A DNA stretch of 64,000 nt from a virus. The DNA lies in IMG/VR virus record IMGVR_UViG_3300034980_000576, positions 35,322 to 99,321 of that record; one strand, given 5' to 3'. A program made the translations under genes and the position numbers. Shown in pieces: positions 10,188-22,500 of this stretch. Position 1 is the stretch's first letter. Each line of letters starts with the position of its first letter. The notes below the pieces were generated by a model that was not told the DNA's origin, ran no database searches, and saw only the letters and a list, made by a program, of their open reading frames with translations.

Positions 10188-11984
10188 ATGGCAGACGAAC
10201 AGAAAAAAATATTACCAATTGACTATACTAGTCGAGATTTCGAATCAATTAGAAGTGACTTATTGGAGATTGCCGAAAGGTTATACCCAGACTCTTTCCA
10301 AGATTTTAGTGAAGCTTCCTTTGGTTCTCTGATGGTTGATGCCGTTTCTTACATCGGCGATCAGCTATCCTTTTATTTGGACTACAACGTTAATGAGTCG
10401 TTTCTGGATACAGCATATCAATTTAACAATATACTCCGGCATGGCAGAGTGTTGGGTTATAAATATACCGGACGCCCCAGCACATATGGTAAGGCAGCGC
10501 TTTATGTTCTAATTCCCGCCTCGCAAACTGGCTTGGGCCCGGATTCTAAATATTTGCCGATTCTCCGTCGCGGCGCTCAATTCACAAGCGAGACAGGGCT
10601 TAATTTTTCATTGGTAGAAAATGTAGATTTTTCAAATCCAAAATTTCCCGTGGTTGTCGCCAGGGTAGACGACACTACGGGCGCCCCCACCTTCTATGCA
10701 GTAAAAGCATATGGCACTGTTGTGTCCGGTATAATGACAACAGAAAGAGTGCCTGCTGGGAGCTATGAAAAATTTAAAACGATTACCTTAACTACACCGA
10801 ATGTTTCGGAAATTATATCGGTTTTTGACACCGAAGGCAATGAATATTTTGAGGTAGATTATCTTGCGCAAGATATGGTATTTAAAGAAGTAGCAAACAA
10901 GAGCTTTAAGCAGGACAATGTTCCTTCAATTCTAAAGCCATTCCTTGTCTCTAGAAAGTTTATGGTGATAAAAAACTCATCCAGCACGATGCTTCAATTT
11001 GGCAGTGGAAAACACGGTGCTAGCGATGTTGTGGCGAATCCACAAACCGTAGCTATGGATAGTTGGGGAAAAACATACACGACAGCGCTTACGTTTGATC
11101 CCACGAGATTATCCAACAACCAAAGCTTGGGTATAGTACCTCAAAATACTACCCTAATAGTTACGCTGAGATCAACGAACCCCACGAACTCCAACATCGC
11201 CACGGGCGAACTGACAGGAGTGGCATCCTCAACGTTAGAGTTTGAAGATAGAACTCAATTATCTGCTGATGTGATTAACTCAATCCAAACCAGTCTAGAA
11301 GTTTCAAATGAAGAGCCAATCACCGGCGACGTTACAAATCCAAATTCAGCAGAAGTAAAGCAAAGAATTTTTGACACGTTTCCAACTCAGAATCGCGCCG
11401 TTACGCAGGCTGACTATGAAAATATTACATACAGAATGCCGGCAAAATTTGGTTCGGTTAAACGAGTGTCCGCTCAGAGAGATCCAGATTCACAAAAAAG
11501 AAATTTAAATTTATATGTCTTATCAGAAGATAGTTTTGGAAAATTAATAAAAACCAACTCAACTATTAAGAATAATTTAAAAAAATGGCTGAATGAATAT
11601 AGAATGATTAATGACACGATTGACATTTTAGATCCGTATATTATTAATCTGGGAATTAACTTTTCCATAAAAACTATTAACGGCGCCGACAAGTTCGCAA
11701 CCTTAAATCGATGTGTGACAAAATTAGCTAATTTTTATGAAAGTGGCTTTTTCATCGGAGAATCCATGACAATTAGTGATATATACCAACAACTCAAGAA
11801 TGTTGCGGGAGTGTTAGATGTGGTAAATGTTACAATTATAGGCAGAACCGGCGCCAACTATTCAGGATCAAACATAGAAATAAATAAAAGCCTCTCGCCG
11901 GATGGAGATCAACTCTTGTGCCCAAAAAATGCAATTTTTGAGATTAAGTACCCAACCGCAGACATAAAAGGTAAGGTTAAATAA
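10188..11984 (+). CDS. baseplate wedge protein, T4 gp6 / baseplate J-like
   Basis: N-terminal DYTSRDFESIRSDL...SFYLD...NESFLDTA...GY and C-terminal QNRAVTQADY are typical gp6/gpJ motifs. Confidence 0.88.
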   Translation: MADEQKKILPIDYTSRDFESIRSDLLEIAERLYPDSFQDFSEASFGSLMVDAVSYIGDQLSFYLDYNVNESFLDTAYQFNNILRHGRVLGYKYTGRPSTYGKAALYVLIPASQTGLGPDSKYLPILRRGAQFTSETGLNFSLVENVDFSNPKFPVVVARVDDTTGAPTFYAVKAYGTVVSGIMTTERVPAGSYEKFKTITLTTPNVSEIISVFDTEGNEYFEVDYLAQDMVFKEVANKSFKQDNVPSILKPFLVSRKFMVIKNSSSTMLQFGSGKHGASDVVANPQTVAMDSWGKTYTTALTFDPTRLSNNQSLGIVPQNTTLIVTLRSTNPTNSNIATGELTGVASSTLEFEDRTQLSADVINSIQTSLEVSNEEPITGDVTNPNSAEVKQRIFDTFPTQNRAVTQADYENITYRMPAKFGSVKRVSAQRDPDSQKRNLNLYVLSEDSFGKLIKTNSTIKNNLKKWLNEYRMINDTIDILDPYIINLGINFSIKTINGADKFATLNRCVTKLANFYESGFFIGESMTISDIYQQLKNVAGVLDVVNVTIIGRTGANYSGSNIEINKSLSPDGDQLLCPKNAIFEIKYPTADIKGKVK

Positions 11985-13528
11985 TGTCTATCAAAAGATA
12001 TAGAGCAGACATGGACAATACGATTGTTAATGCTTATCAATCGAACTTATCTACACGCGGCACTGGCTCAAATTCAGGACAAGCAGATGTGGTAGAAGTG
12101 TACTCTGTTTTCGGAAGACAGCAAGCTAGCAGTTCTGCTGCAACCGGCTCACAAGAACTATCCAGAATTCTAATGAGGTTTCCGATTAGTGACATTTCGG
12201 CAGATCGAACAGCGAACAGCATCCCAGCTAACGGCAAAGTCAGCTTCTATCTTCGACTGTTTGATGCAAAGACATCAAAGACGGTTCCTAAAAACTATAA
12301 GCTTGTAGTTCAAGCAGTTTCCAGATCTTGGGAAGAAGGCGACGGCTTAGATTTAGAAAACTATACTGATTTAACTAAAAATGGTTCTGGTTCAAATTGG
12401 ATCCGAGCTAGCAAAGCCTCGGCATGGTCGAGTGTTGGTGGAGATTATCACGCGTCTCCAACATATGTTCAGTATTTCACGGGCGGCTTGGGAAACTTAG
12501 ATGTTGATATCACGGCTCTTGTCGAGCAATGGATTGCCGGCTCGAAGAGTAATTATGGTGTTGGTGTACGCTTAACAGCCAGCAATGAAGCTTATTTTTC
12601 AAGTTCTGCCGGCGTAGATTCTGGAAGCGTTATTCAAAACCCCAATGGAGCCAAGACGTCTTACTACACAAAGCGCTTTTTCGCCAGAGGTTCGCAATAC
12701 TTCTTTAAACGCCCGGTGATTGAAGCAAGGTGGGATTCCACCACGCAGGACGATCGTGCAGCATTTTACTTTAGCAGTTCGCTAGCAACGAAGTCAGAAA
12801 ACTTAAACACACTTTATTTGTACAACTATGCCAGAGGAAAGCTCAGAAACATCCCGGCGGTAGGTACGGGGCATATCTACGTTAGTCTCTATTCGGGCTC
12901 TTCTGACAACACCGCACCAAGCGGTTCCAAGCTCGTTTTATATGATGCCGAAACCGCAATGACTGGAGGCCATCATGATACGGGAATTTACACGTGCTCT
13001 ATCGCTCTTACGAAATCAACTTCTGTTACTTTAGAAACCCTTTACGATGTGTGGCACGATAATTCGGGAACAGAGTTCTTCACCGGCTCAATTAAGCCTT
13101 ATACTCTCCGCGGCTCAACACACGCGAGAGAACCAACATACTACCTCTCGATAACAAATTTACAGAATTCATATATGAGAGATCAGAACGCTCGCTTTAA
13201 TTTATATGTTCGAGAGAAGAATTGGAGCCCCACCATCTACACCAAAGCGATCGCCAGCGCCCCAACGGAAACCATCTACAGTGCATCTTATAGAGTTATT
13301 AGGACAATAGATGGACTTGAGGCGGTTCCTTTCTACACGGGCTCAAGTAATAAACATGCTACAGGATTATCATATGATGTCTCGGGTAATTATTTTGATT
13401 TAGATATGAGCTTGTTAGAGCCGGGATATGAATATGCATTTAAATTTGCATTTTATGACGATGAGCTTGGTTCGTGGCAAGAGCAAAATGAACAATTTAA
13501 ATTCCGAGTAGACGATTATGAGCATTAA
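11984..13528 (+). CDS. putative virion structural protein (beta-rich, DNRLRE-like N-terminal region)
   Basis: 514 aa, Ser/Thr/Gly-rich; SRILMRF...WEEGDG...W...GGDY...DIT.LVEQW pattern; translationally coupled to both neighbours. Confidence 0.5.
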   Translation: MSIKRYRADMDNTIVNAYQSNLSTRGTGSNSGQADVVEVYSVFGRQQASSSAATGSQELSRILMRFPISDISADRTANSIPANGKVSFYLRLFDAKTSKTVPKNYKLVVQAVSRSWEEGDGLDLENYTDLTKNGSGSNWIRASKASAWSSVGGDYHASPTYVQYFTGGLGNLDVDITALVEQWIAGSKSNYGVGVRLTASNEAYFSSSAGVDSGSVIQNPNGAKTSYYTKRFFARGSQYFFKRPVIEARWDSTTQDDRAAFYFSSSLATKSENLNTLYLYNYARGKLRNIPAVGTGHIYVSLYSGSSDNTAPSGSKLVLYDAETAMTGGHHDTGIYTCSIALTKSTSVTLETLYDVWHDNSGTEFFTGSIKPYTLRGSTHAREPTYYLSITNLQNSYMRDQNARFNLYVREKNWSPTIYTKAIASAPTETIYSASYRVIRTIDGLEAVPFYTGSSNKHATGLSYDVSGNYFDLDMSLLEPGYEYAFKFAFYDDELGSWQEQNEQFKFRVDDYEH

Positions 13529-16500
13529 AAAACTATTTGAAGACGCAAATAAGACAGACACTTTCGTAGCAGACACCAGCCAGAAAGATGCATTCGAGCC
13601 TGTAGAATCGCAAAGGAATGTTGAACAGAAGTTACGCTCTCAAGCGCGCTATGTACCACAAGTAGACTACTCTGATCCTACAAATTTTGTTAAGTATGGA
13701 TCTGCGCGCTTATACTATGAGTCTGCATTCAATAGAATTCTAGATTATTATCCTTATGACGGCTCTCAGGCTGAAATAACAAAATTTCACAATAACAATC
13801 TAGACATCGAAGAATATATCTTAGACAAGAGATATCCCAAATCTACTGGATACATTACTCTCGCAAAAGATGGTTATTCAGTTAGCTCCATAGTTGATGG
13901 CTATGGCGTTCCAACTACTAATGAGTATATTGACTTAAAGGGCGGTCCAGGAACGGGCTCAGCGCCCTCCCTGCTACTGCAAAAGTTATTACCAAATCCC
14001 TACAACGACAGCTATAAATCATCTAATCTTTATAGTTCAAACATCTACACTGATGCCGGCCTTCCTTCAGATTATGGAAAAGGCTCTCGACAGTCAAACC
14101 TACGCGCCAACTTTGATGATGGTGTTACTGTAGAATTTTGGATGAAGACGGGTTCGATGGTTCCCGGCGCTATTACGGATCGTCAAGTAATTTTTGATTC
14201 GTGGAACAATAATGCCGTTTCATCAGCAGATTATGGAAGGCTCATGATAGAGCTTACAGGCACCGTAAACGACTTTGGTGGAGACAAAAATCCCTTTGTT
14301 ATAACTGTCCAATCCGGGGCAAACCCCCCACGATCGGTGGGATCAATGAAACTTCTTGGTGCTGACTCCCTACACGAGACGATGGGAGACTGGAATCACT
14401 ACGCCATTCGTTTATATAATACAGGCTCCTCGGGGAAAATACTCAAAACAGAACTGTATGTTAATGGTTTCCGATCGGATTCTTCATCTTGGGCGCCCTA
14501 TTCTTTAAAAACTAAGTTGGAAGTACAGCGAACCCTTGGATCAGCCCACTCATACCACATTGCCGACGGACAATATCGATATACATCCTCCGGAAGCCTT
14601 CAAGGCTGGTGGCGTTTTGATAAATCCACGATTACAACCACTTCTCCAGAGCCAGATGCCAGTGGAAACAACCATACTGGTTCGATATCTGCCACAGCAC
14701 ATGCGCCAGCCACCTCCACCTCCACCCCTAGTGCATATGTCCAAACTACAGGCTCCAACGTTTGGGGCGGAGATGCTACCGATGCAGTCAGAATAGGCAC
14801 CGCCGCCACATGGGATGCCATAATTGGAAACAACACTGGATCTGCAACTCCCAGGATGCCCCGCACAACCGAGATGATGACGTTCGCAGCATGGGTTTAT
14901 AAAACCGGCGATGGTGGTGGAAGCCCGGGCAAAGGCAGAATATTTGATTTTGGCAATCAGGATATAGCACTGTATTCGAATACCTCCGAAGCGTTGCTCT
15001 TTAATACAAAGTGGAATGGAAACAATATAGTCCAATGGACTTCAGCAACTGGTGTATTTTCTTTGAATACGTGGACTCATATAGCTATAACATATGACGC
15101 GAGAAGCGCAGAGAACAGACCGAAGCTATATATAAACGGCACCCTGACGGCGATGCCTTTAAGTACCGGAACTCAAACCGGCGCCTACTATGGTATCGCC
15201 GGCCAAGAGTGCGTTATAGGAAACAACGCCGCCGGCAATCGCAACTGGGCAGGAAATCTTGCAGATTTTGCAATCTGGAATTCTATATTAGACGCAGAGG
15301 AGATCCAGACTCTTTATTATGCCGGACAATACACGCAAGCGTTTGACGGCATAACAGAACTAAATTCTAAAAACATGATTGCTAGAATTGGCGCCCTTGT
15401 CACCTCTCCCGTTAGTTCTTCGGCGCCAGCAGGCGCCGGAAGATTAAGCGGCTCGTTGGATGAATTTAGATATTGGAAGGCAGCACGCACACCTAAACAA
15501 ATTGGAGAGTACTGGTTTGATCAGGTAAGGGGCGGCGCAAATTCTGACATAGCGAACGCAGATTTAGGAGTTTACTATAAATTTAATGAAGGAATCACAA
15601 CCAACACAGCAATCGACAGCATTGTGTTAGACTATGCCGGCAGAGCAGTTAACGGCGTATGGACAGGGTACAGTACAACCTCACGAAACACAGGCTCTGC
15701 GATCGTATCTGCTTCTGCCGCAGCCTTCGAGTTCGAAGATCCCATTATAAGAAGCACTCACCCATCGGTGGTAAGTCTTAAGAGCGAGTTAATAACATCG
15801 GGAACGTCATACGATTATAACAATAATGCATCGCTAATGTCCTTGATGCCCGGATGGATTCAGGACGAAGCAGCAGACTCCGACAATTCAGATCTATATT
15901 ATATCAACCACATTGCTGGCACCTATTTTGACAAAATACATCTACAGATTTCTCAACTGCCCGCTCTTCGACATATAAATTATGTAAGCTCTTCTCACAA
16001 GCCCTTACCTTTTTCTAAACACCTGCCGCAATCCTTGGGACTATATGCTCCAGAAATGTTTATCGAATCAGATGTGCTAGAAACATTTGCTGATCGAGAC
16101 TCTACTACCTTATTTGAGAATAAACTCGATGAGACAAAGAATTTAATTTATCAAAATCTTTATAATAACCTTGCTCATATCTTTAAGAGCAAGGGCACAG
16201 AACGAGCAATGCGAAGCGTTTTAAGATGCTTCAATGTTGACAACGGGTTGTATAACGTTAGTATTAATTCCAACAACGAAGAATATGTGCTAAGAAATAA
16301 CTTAAAGCACTCGCTGCTCAGAAAGAATTTTCTTAACTTTGCTAACCTGGAGAATACCACAGGTGTAGTATATCAACGTAAAACCGGCTCGAGCACCGCC
16401 GAGCAAGGATCAATTAGAGGACACAGTATTTATGTCCACCCAGATTGGATGCAGGCTAAGTACGGATTTACTTGTGAGTCTAATATCATATTTCCAGCTT

Positions 16501-19500
16501 ATGTTTCAGATTATACTACATTTGTACGAGATTCAAATTTCAACCGTGTGCACTTGTTTGGATTAGAACAAGTTGAAAACCGCAATGCAGCCAGCATAAC
16601 CGGCTCTGATACCACATATACACCAGGCAGAGAAGCCTCATTTAGAGTATATGCTGTACGGGAAAGTATAGGATCAAGGAATGTATATTTCCACTTGACA
16701 TCCTCTCGAACTGACGGATTGGGAATAAGTCTTACAAGCAGCGTCTTTTTAAATGTTTATGATAATGAGCCGTGGAATCTTTCTATAAGAGTTGAGCCTC
16801 AAAATTTACTCCAAGCAGGCGTTATCAACCGCGGCACATCGACACCTCTGTATAATGTTATATTTGCCGGCTTTAATCCAAAAACAGCTAATGAAATAGA
16901 CTCCTTCAAAGTAAGCGCCTCGGTGTCTGACACAGTAGGGCAGCAATTTATTACGGGATCTCGACGTCTTCTCGTAGGTGCCGATCGCACTAACATAACT
17001 GGGGATCTCAACTATCGAAGTGATGTACAGGTTGCCTCGCTAACATATTGGACAAAGGCACTTCACGACGATGATTTAAAAACGCACGCAGTTGATTTTG
17101 AAAATATAGGAATATCCGGATCTCTGCAGACGATATCCCCATTCGAGAGCGGTTCTGTCGATAGCATCAACAGGTATGCCCTAGCTCTTAATTGGAATTT
17201 TGAGAATGTCACCGGCTCCGGCGCCGGCGGCGATTTTATCGCACAAGACTATTCATCTGGATCTGCTGCCTTAATTAATGGTGACTTCGGTTGGAATGGT
17301 AAATTGGCAGGATATCGATATCCAGGATTTGCAATGCATTTCCCCACATCATCAACAGGTGTAACTACCAAGAAAGAGATTAATACATATAAATTTATCA
17401 ACCCAGAACAAGTCGTCGCGTCAGACTTGGTTCAGACGTTTTCGGATGAAGATATTCTCTACCCTAACTTAAGAAAAGAAGAAATTGTTCCCAATTATGT
17501 CTTTTCAATTGAAAAGAGCATCTACAATGCGGTCACAGAACAAATGTTGGACTTCTTTGCCGGCGCAATTGACTTCCATAGTTTAATCGGAGATCCTGTC
17601 CACACTTATAGAGGTCGCTACAAGGAACTGGAAAAACTGAGAGGAATATTTTTTGAGCGCGTCAAGAGCGTTTCTAATGTAGAAAAGTTCCTTTCGTATT
17701 ATAAATGGTTCGATGAATCTATCACCACGATACTGTCACAATTAGTCCCGGCATCTTCTGAGTTCGTTGACAACTTGTTGAATGTTGTTGAAAGTCATGT
17801 TTTGGAAAGAAACAAATATCAAAATCGAGTAAACATTATTGATTCTAATACTTTTTGGCTTGAAACTGATATGACGAGCGCCCCCACCACCGCAGGGATT
17901 ACAGTCGGTGGCGGCGCCGGCGCACTTGTTTCTCCGCCGGCATCTCCTCGCCCCACAAATAAAGGTGTACAGTACTGGCAAACCCGCGCCGAAAGAGATA
18001 TAGCCGAGATTTCATCCGGCGATGCAACCATCGATGCACAGAGAGACACTTTCCGTAATGTTATATGGTCGCGTCCACACGTATCCGGCGCGCTCCCTAG
18101 GTTGTTTACTGATGCCGGCACAGCATATCTTCCCGGATCCTTCGCGCGCAATAATAGTAGCATGCTGCCCAATATTAGAGCGCAGATTGACAATACTAAT
18201 AATCAAATATACAAATGGGAAAGGCCATCTATTACGCAAAATGAAATAAAAGGCGGCACAAACTTTAACAAGGGTAAGAGTTTAGAATATGCATATTCAG
18301 CCGTTTATCCCGGAGGCCCCGTAAACACAGATGATGGTGTTTTTGTTCCCCAAAATGTCCTGATAGGATTTGTAGGAGAGGCAATTGAGTTAACGAATTA
18401 CGAGAACATTTCTTGGCCAGAAGATTTGGTTCGAACCAGACAGAAGACATTCAAAGTTCAACACGGTCGCGAGTGGGAAGATGGAATAGGATATAAAAAT
18501 ACTAAATCAGAATTTGCATTTCCGTTTAACGTGCTAAGCAGCAGCGTTGAGGTACGCTCCGGTTATAATAAAGAAGTTGTTGATCAGGTGGGAAGAAACA
18601 TAGAGATAACAAACCTACACAACGACGCATATGGAGATCTGCTTGAGGTACCAATGCAGGGCCCATTTACAGAAGAATTAGTCGGCGGTCATCAGTCGCG
18701 ACATGTACCGCTTAATACTGGTACTGATACCCCCTACAATCGTCCTGAAGCATGGCGCCTACTGCTCGGTACGTGCAATATACTGCCATCGGGTGCGATC
18801 GGACTCGTCGGCCCTGACTATCCTCCCGTAGATTTTAATCCATCTCCCGGAACAAATCCCGATCTTGTTTACCCCTATCCCAACTACGAGAAAGCATATC
18901 TGTATCGCGACTTCGTGGCAAAAAGCCCCGTTAACATCAAAAATATTAAGGCAGTAAACTCAACTAATACAAATACCGTGATGGGCAATTATATACGAAA
19001 ATATGAAATTGTGTATTCCTTTGGTGCTTATAATAACCCTCGCGCATTTGTTGAAACTCAGCCAACGTTGCCATCGCAGCTATCACTAGTGAACTATACA
19101 ACAAATGTCCGGACAATTTTAGATATACATCGCGGAGAACAGGATCACTTTGAATTCGTCGGAGATTATAGCACTTCATATCTCACAGGGGCAACTAATA
19201 AGTCAATTATTACAACAAGATTCTCTGCCCCCGGCGGTATAGAAGCGGAAACAAGAGGTTACCAAGACTTTAAGGCAGCTGAATATTCTCCATACAATGT
19301 ACTCACGTACCGCAACCTGTCAGTCAAAAAGCCTTCACAGGGTCCATCTGGTACCCTTTCTGAGCCCCCCGGAGGCACCCCATCTACATCAAGAGTATAC
19401 GATATTCACGGGCTAGACTACGGGCTTAACTCCCACAGGGCACGTTATGCTGCTCGCTTTGGTAGGGATTCCTTACACGTAACATCTTCGGGTAATCTCC

Positions 19501-22500
19501 CCGGAGCATCGTATGATCAATTGCCGGCAATGTTCAAGACAAACCGCAACCCTAAAGAAAGCAACACTATAATATATTCCTTCACTCAGAGCAGCATACC
19601 CGACACGGGACTGATAAATGATAAAACAATAGATATCGATACCGGCGGAACTGGCATAATAGCTGTTATTCAAGACGCAACCAAGCGCACCGAAAGAGTT
19701 TTTGATGCCACATATGCACTGAGCAATGAAAATTCAGTAATGTTCACTTATGGCTGCTGGATAAAGCCCGACGCCGGCGGAATGAAACTTTTTGAGTTAG
19801 GATTCGCGGGCACCAGCGCGAAGCCAATTCACCAACTACAGAAGCAATCTGGCGGAGAATTAAGGTATACATTTGATACGACGGATGGTGCTGGAAACTT
19901 TACATCCGGATATTATCAGACAAGTGGCACACCTATAACTGGCTCACTGTGGAAGCAGGCTATGATAACAGTCAGCGGCGCCCACGGCGTGTTGCCCTCA
20001 ACTGGACCCACTGTTAAATTTTATGTAAACGGCGTAGAGTACGCCAGTACTTATTCCGGCGCCACCGGCCGGGCATATTTCCCAACTAGCTCACAAAATG
20101 TATCTAATTTTAGAGGATATGGAGCCGCGCTTACAAAGCCTGTAGCGTTTTTTGGTAGAATCGATTCCATAAGTGGATATGAGTACACCGGTCAAGCAGA
20201 TGAAATGTCGCTGCATAATACGGTGCTTTCAGCAGCAGACGTCGACGTTCTCTACAATAGCGGATATCCGCAAAATCTTACACAATCGGCAATAGCCGGC
20301 AGTTCTAGTCTCTTGTCTTGGTGGCGAATGGGCGACTCGCCCAGTGATGACATGTCTGGAGAAGGTTTAAACGCCATATCACCACTCAGTGCGTCAGGTG
20401 GAAATGTGATAATAGATGTAAAAAACAGTGCGAATATTCATTTTACTGCTCAGTCAGGAAATCTTTTGAAAGCAGAAACAGGCTCAGCGTCTTCGCTCCC
20501 GGGACAGCCGCCGTCTACCTATTCAGAAGAATACATCAGTGGTTATGGAAGCAAAAAAGAATATGACAACTACAATATTCAACATCAAATTCCGAGATCA
20601 GATAGACAATATATGTGGATATCTAATTCCGTTGTCGATGTATCAAACATCAGATATGCCGGCTATCAATATACGAATGCCGGCATCAACAATCCGGACA
20701 ATTTCCAACGGGAGCCATATAGAACTTCTTCGGCAGGCTTAACGCCATACTGGGATTTTGTCAGCAGTTCGAATGCGAGTACGGGAAGCTTCTATCAGCC
20801 CACAAATAGGTTGAATATCGTAATTAATGATCCTGTAGACTTTACTAACAATACGATAGGTACGACAACAATTGAAGATTATATGAATTATGATTTAATC
20901 GACAGTAGCTCCACCGCCGGCACACGATTGCCAAACTATCTCAACCAACTCCTTGCATCCCGCGGCAGCAATTATGGTTGGGGATGGAACAGAACGCGAC
21001 AAGCAGATAATAGAATCATCTTGAACCAGAAGGCAACCAACACGCTTAGGATGGTTACAGATAGGGCTCGTATGCTGTCGGCTAGTTATAGATTGCCCCC
21101 CCTTTCTATGAAAGGCAGAACAGCGTTGGTGAATTATGATCAGAAAAGTGCCCTTGGGAGAGATGTTAATATATCTTTGAGAATTTCCAATACTAACAAC
21201 AACATCTTTTTTCCAGAGCTTGATTTGAATAATTACGCAGCAATCAATTACAATGCAGTCTATAATCCCTTGCAAAAAGTGCTCTCTGTTGTTCGCAAAG
21301 GCTCTACAGGAACCCCGCTTAATTGGGTATTATATTCTCAAAATATCTTCCCATCTATTAGAAACGAATTTGTTAGCTCCTCATCTAAGAGGCTTAATTT
21401 TGATAATGGATACTGGCGCGCTAGCAATGCGGAAAGGATAACCCTCGGAAATACAGAAGAGAATTCTTTCGGCGTGAACCTCAGTCAAAGTAGTTGGGTG
21501 TTGGACGTGGCAGAAAACTTTTTGACGAGATCGGCGGTGGTGACTGCCTCAACTGGCGACAATCGCTTCTATAACCTCCGCCAAACTAAAGCAGGAGAAC
21601 TACAAAACACTTACTATAAATATTTCACAGTCCCCCCAAACTTCACCCGGATAAGTGCAGTCTACGCCAGAACGCACGAATTGGATACAATGGCTTCGGT
21701 TGTCTCCCCGCAAGGCCCAGTGGTGCCACAGACAGGTTCCGGAGGAAAGTCAGGCTCCGCCGGATCCGGACACTTTCAAAGAGGCTCAGCATCGTTTGAA
21801 ACAGCAGCGCTCTTAAATCAGCCATTTGGAGGCGAAGCGGTGTGGGAGGCAGGCTCCCAAGCCGGCACAGTCACGAAAACCGCAGCAGGGCTAACATTTA
21901 CGTCAGCACCTTCAGAACCTTGGTTCGGAACTTACGACTTATTCAATGAGAATATAAAGCTTAAAGCAAAGGGTTTTTCGGTTGTCCCGGAATATAGAAT
22001 GAGCGAACATGTTTCGAATTACTACAAGTATGGATACATGAATAAGACAGTTTCTGATATGTTTGAAATACCAGGAACCATTTTCGATAGTTCAACGGGA
22101 TCTTTCTATAAGGATTTCTCAAATACTGACTTCCTTGAGGGATTCTTAGGAGTAAAAGCACAAACGCTGCTAAGTGCATCAGAGATTAGAATCTCGTGCA
22201 CCGGCGCAATAAAATACAACCCGTACGAAGGATTTTACCCAGCGCAAAGAACACAGCAGCTTGTTGCTCAATTTAGTTCTTCTTTCATGAACTATTTCGG
22301 CGTTAAAGAATACGGCGCTGCGCCATGGTTTCCATCGAGTGTTGGATCCAGCTACTTTAACAGTAAAGTTGCGGGCATTATGAAAAATCTTACCGATTGC
22401 GTCTTTTCGCCCGGCATTCTATACAACTCTATTAAGTCTGGAATCGCTGTCGATTATCCAGTTATTCACGATGCATCTAAAAGAGCTACCGGCTCCTTTG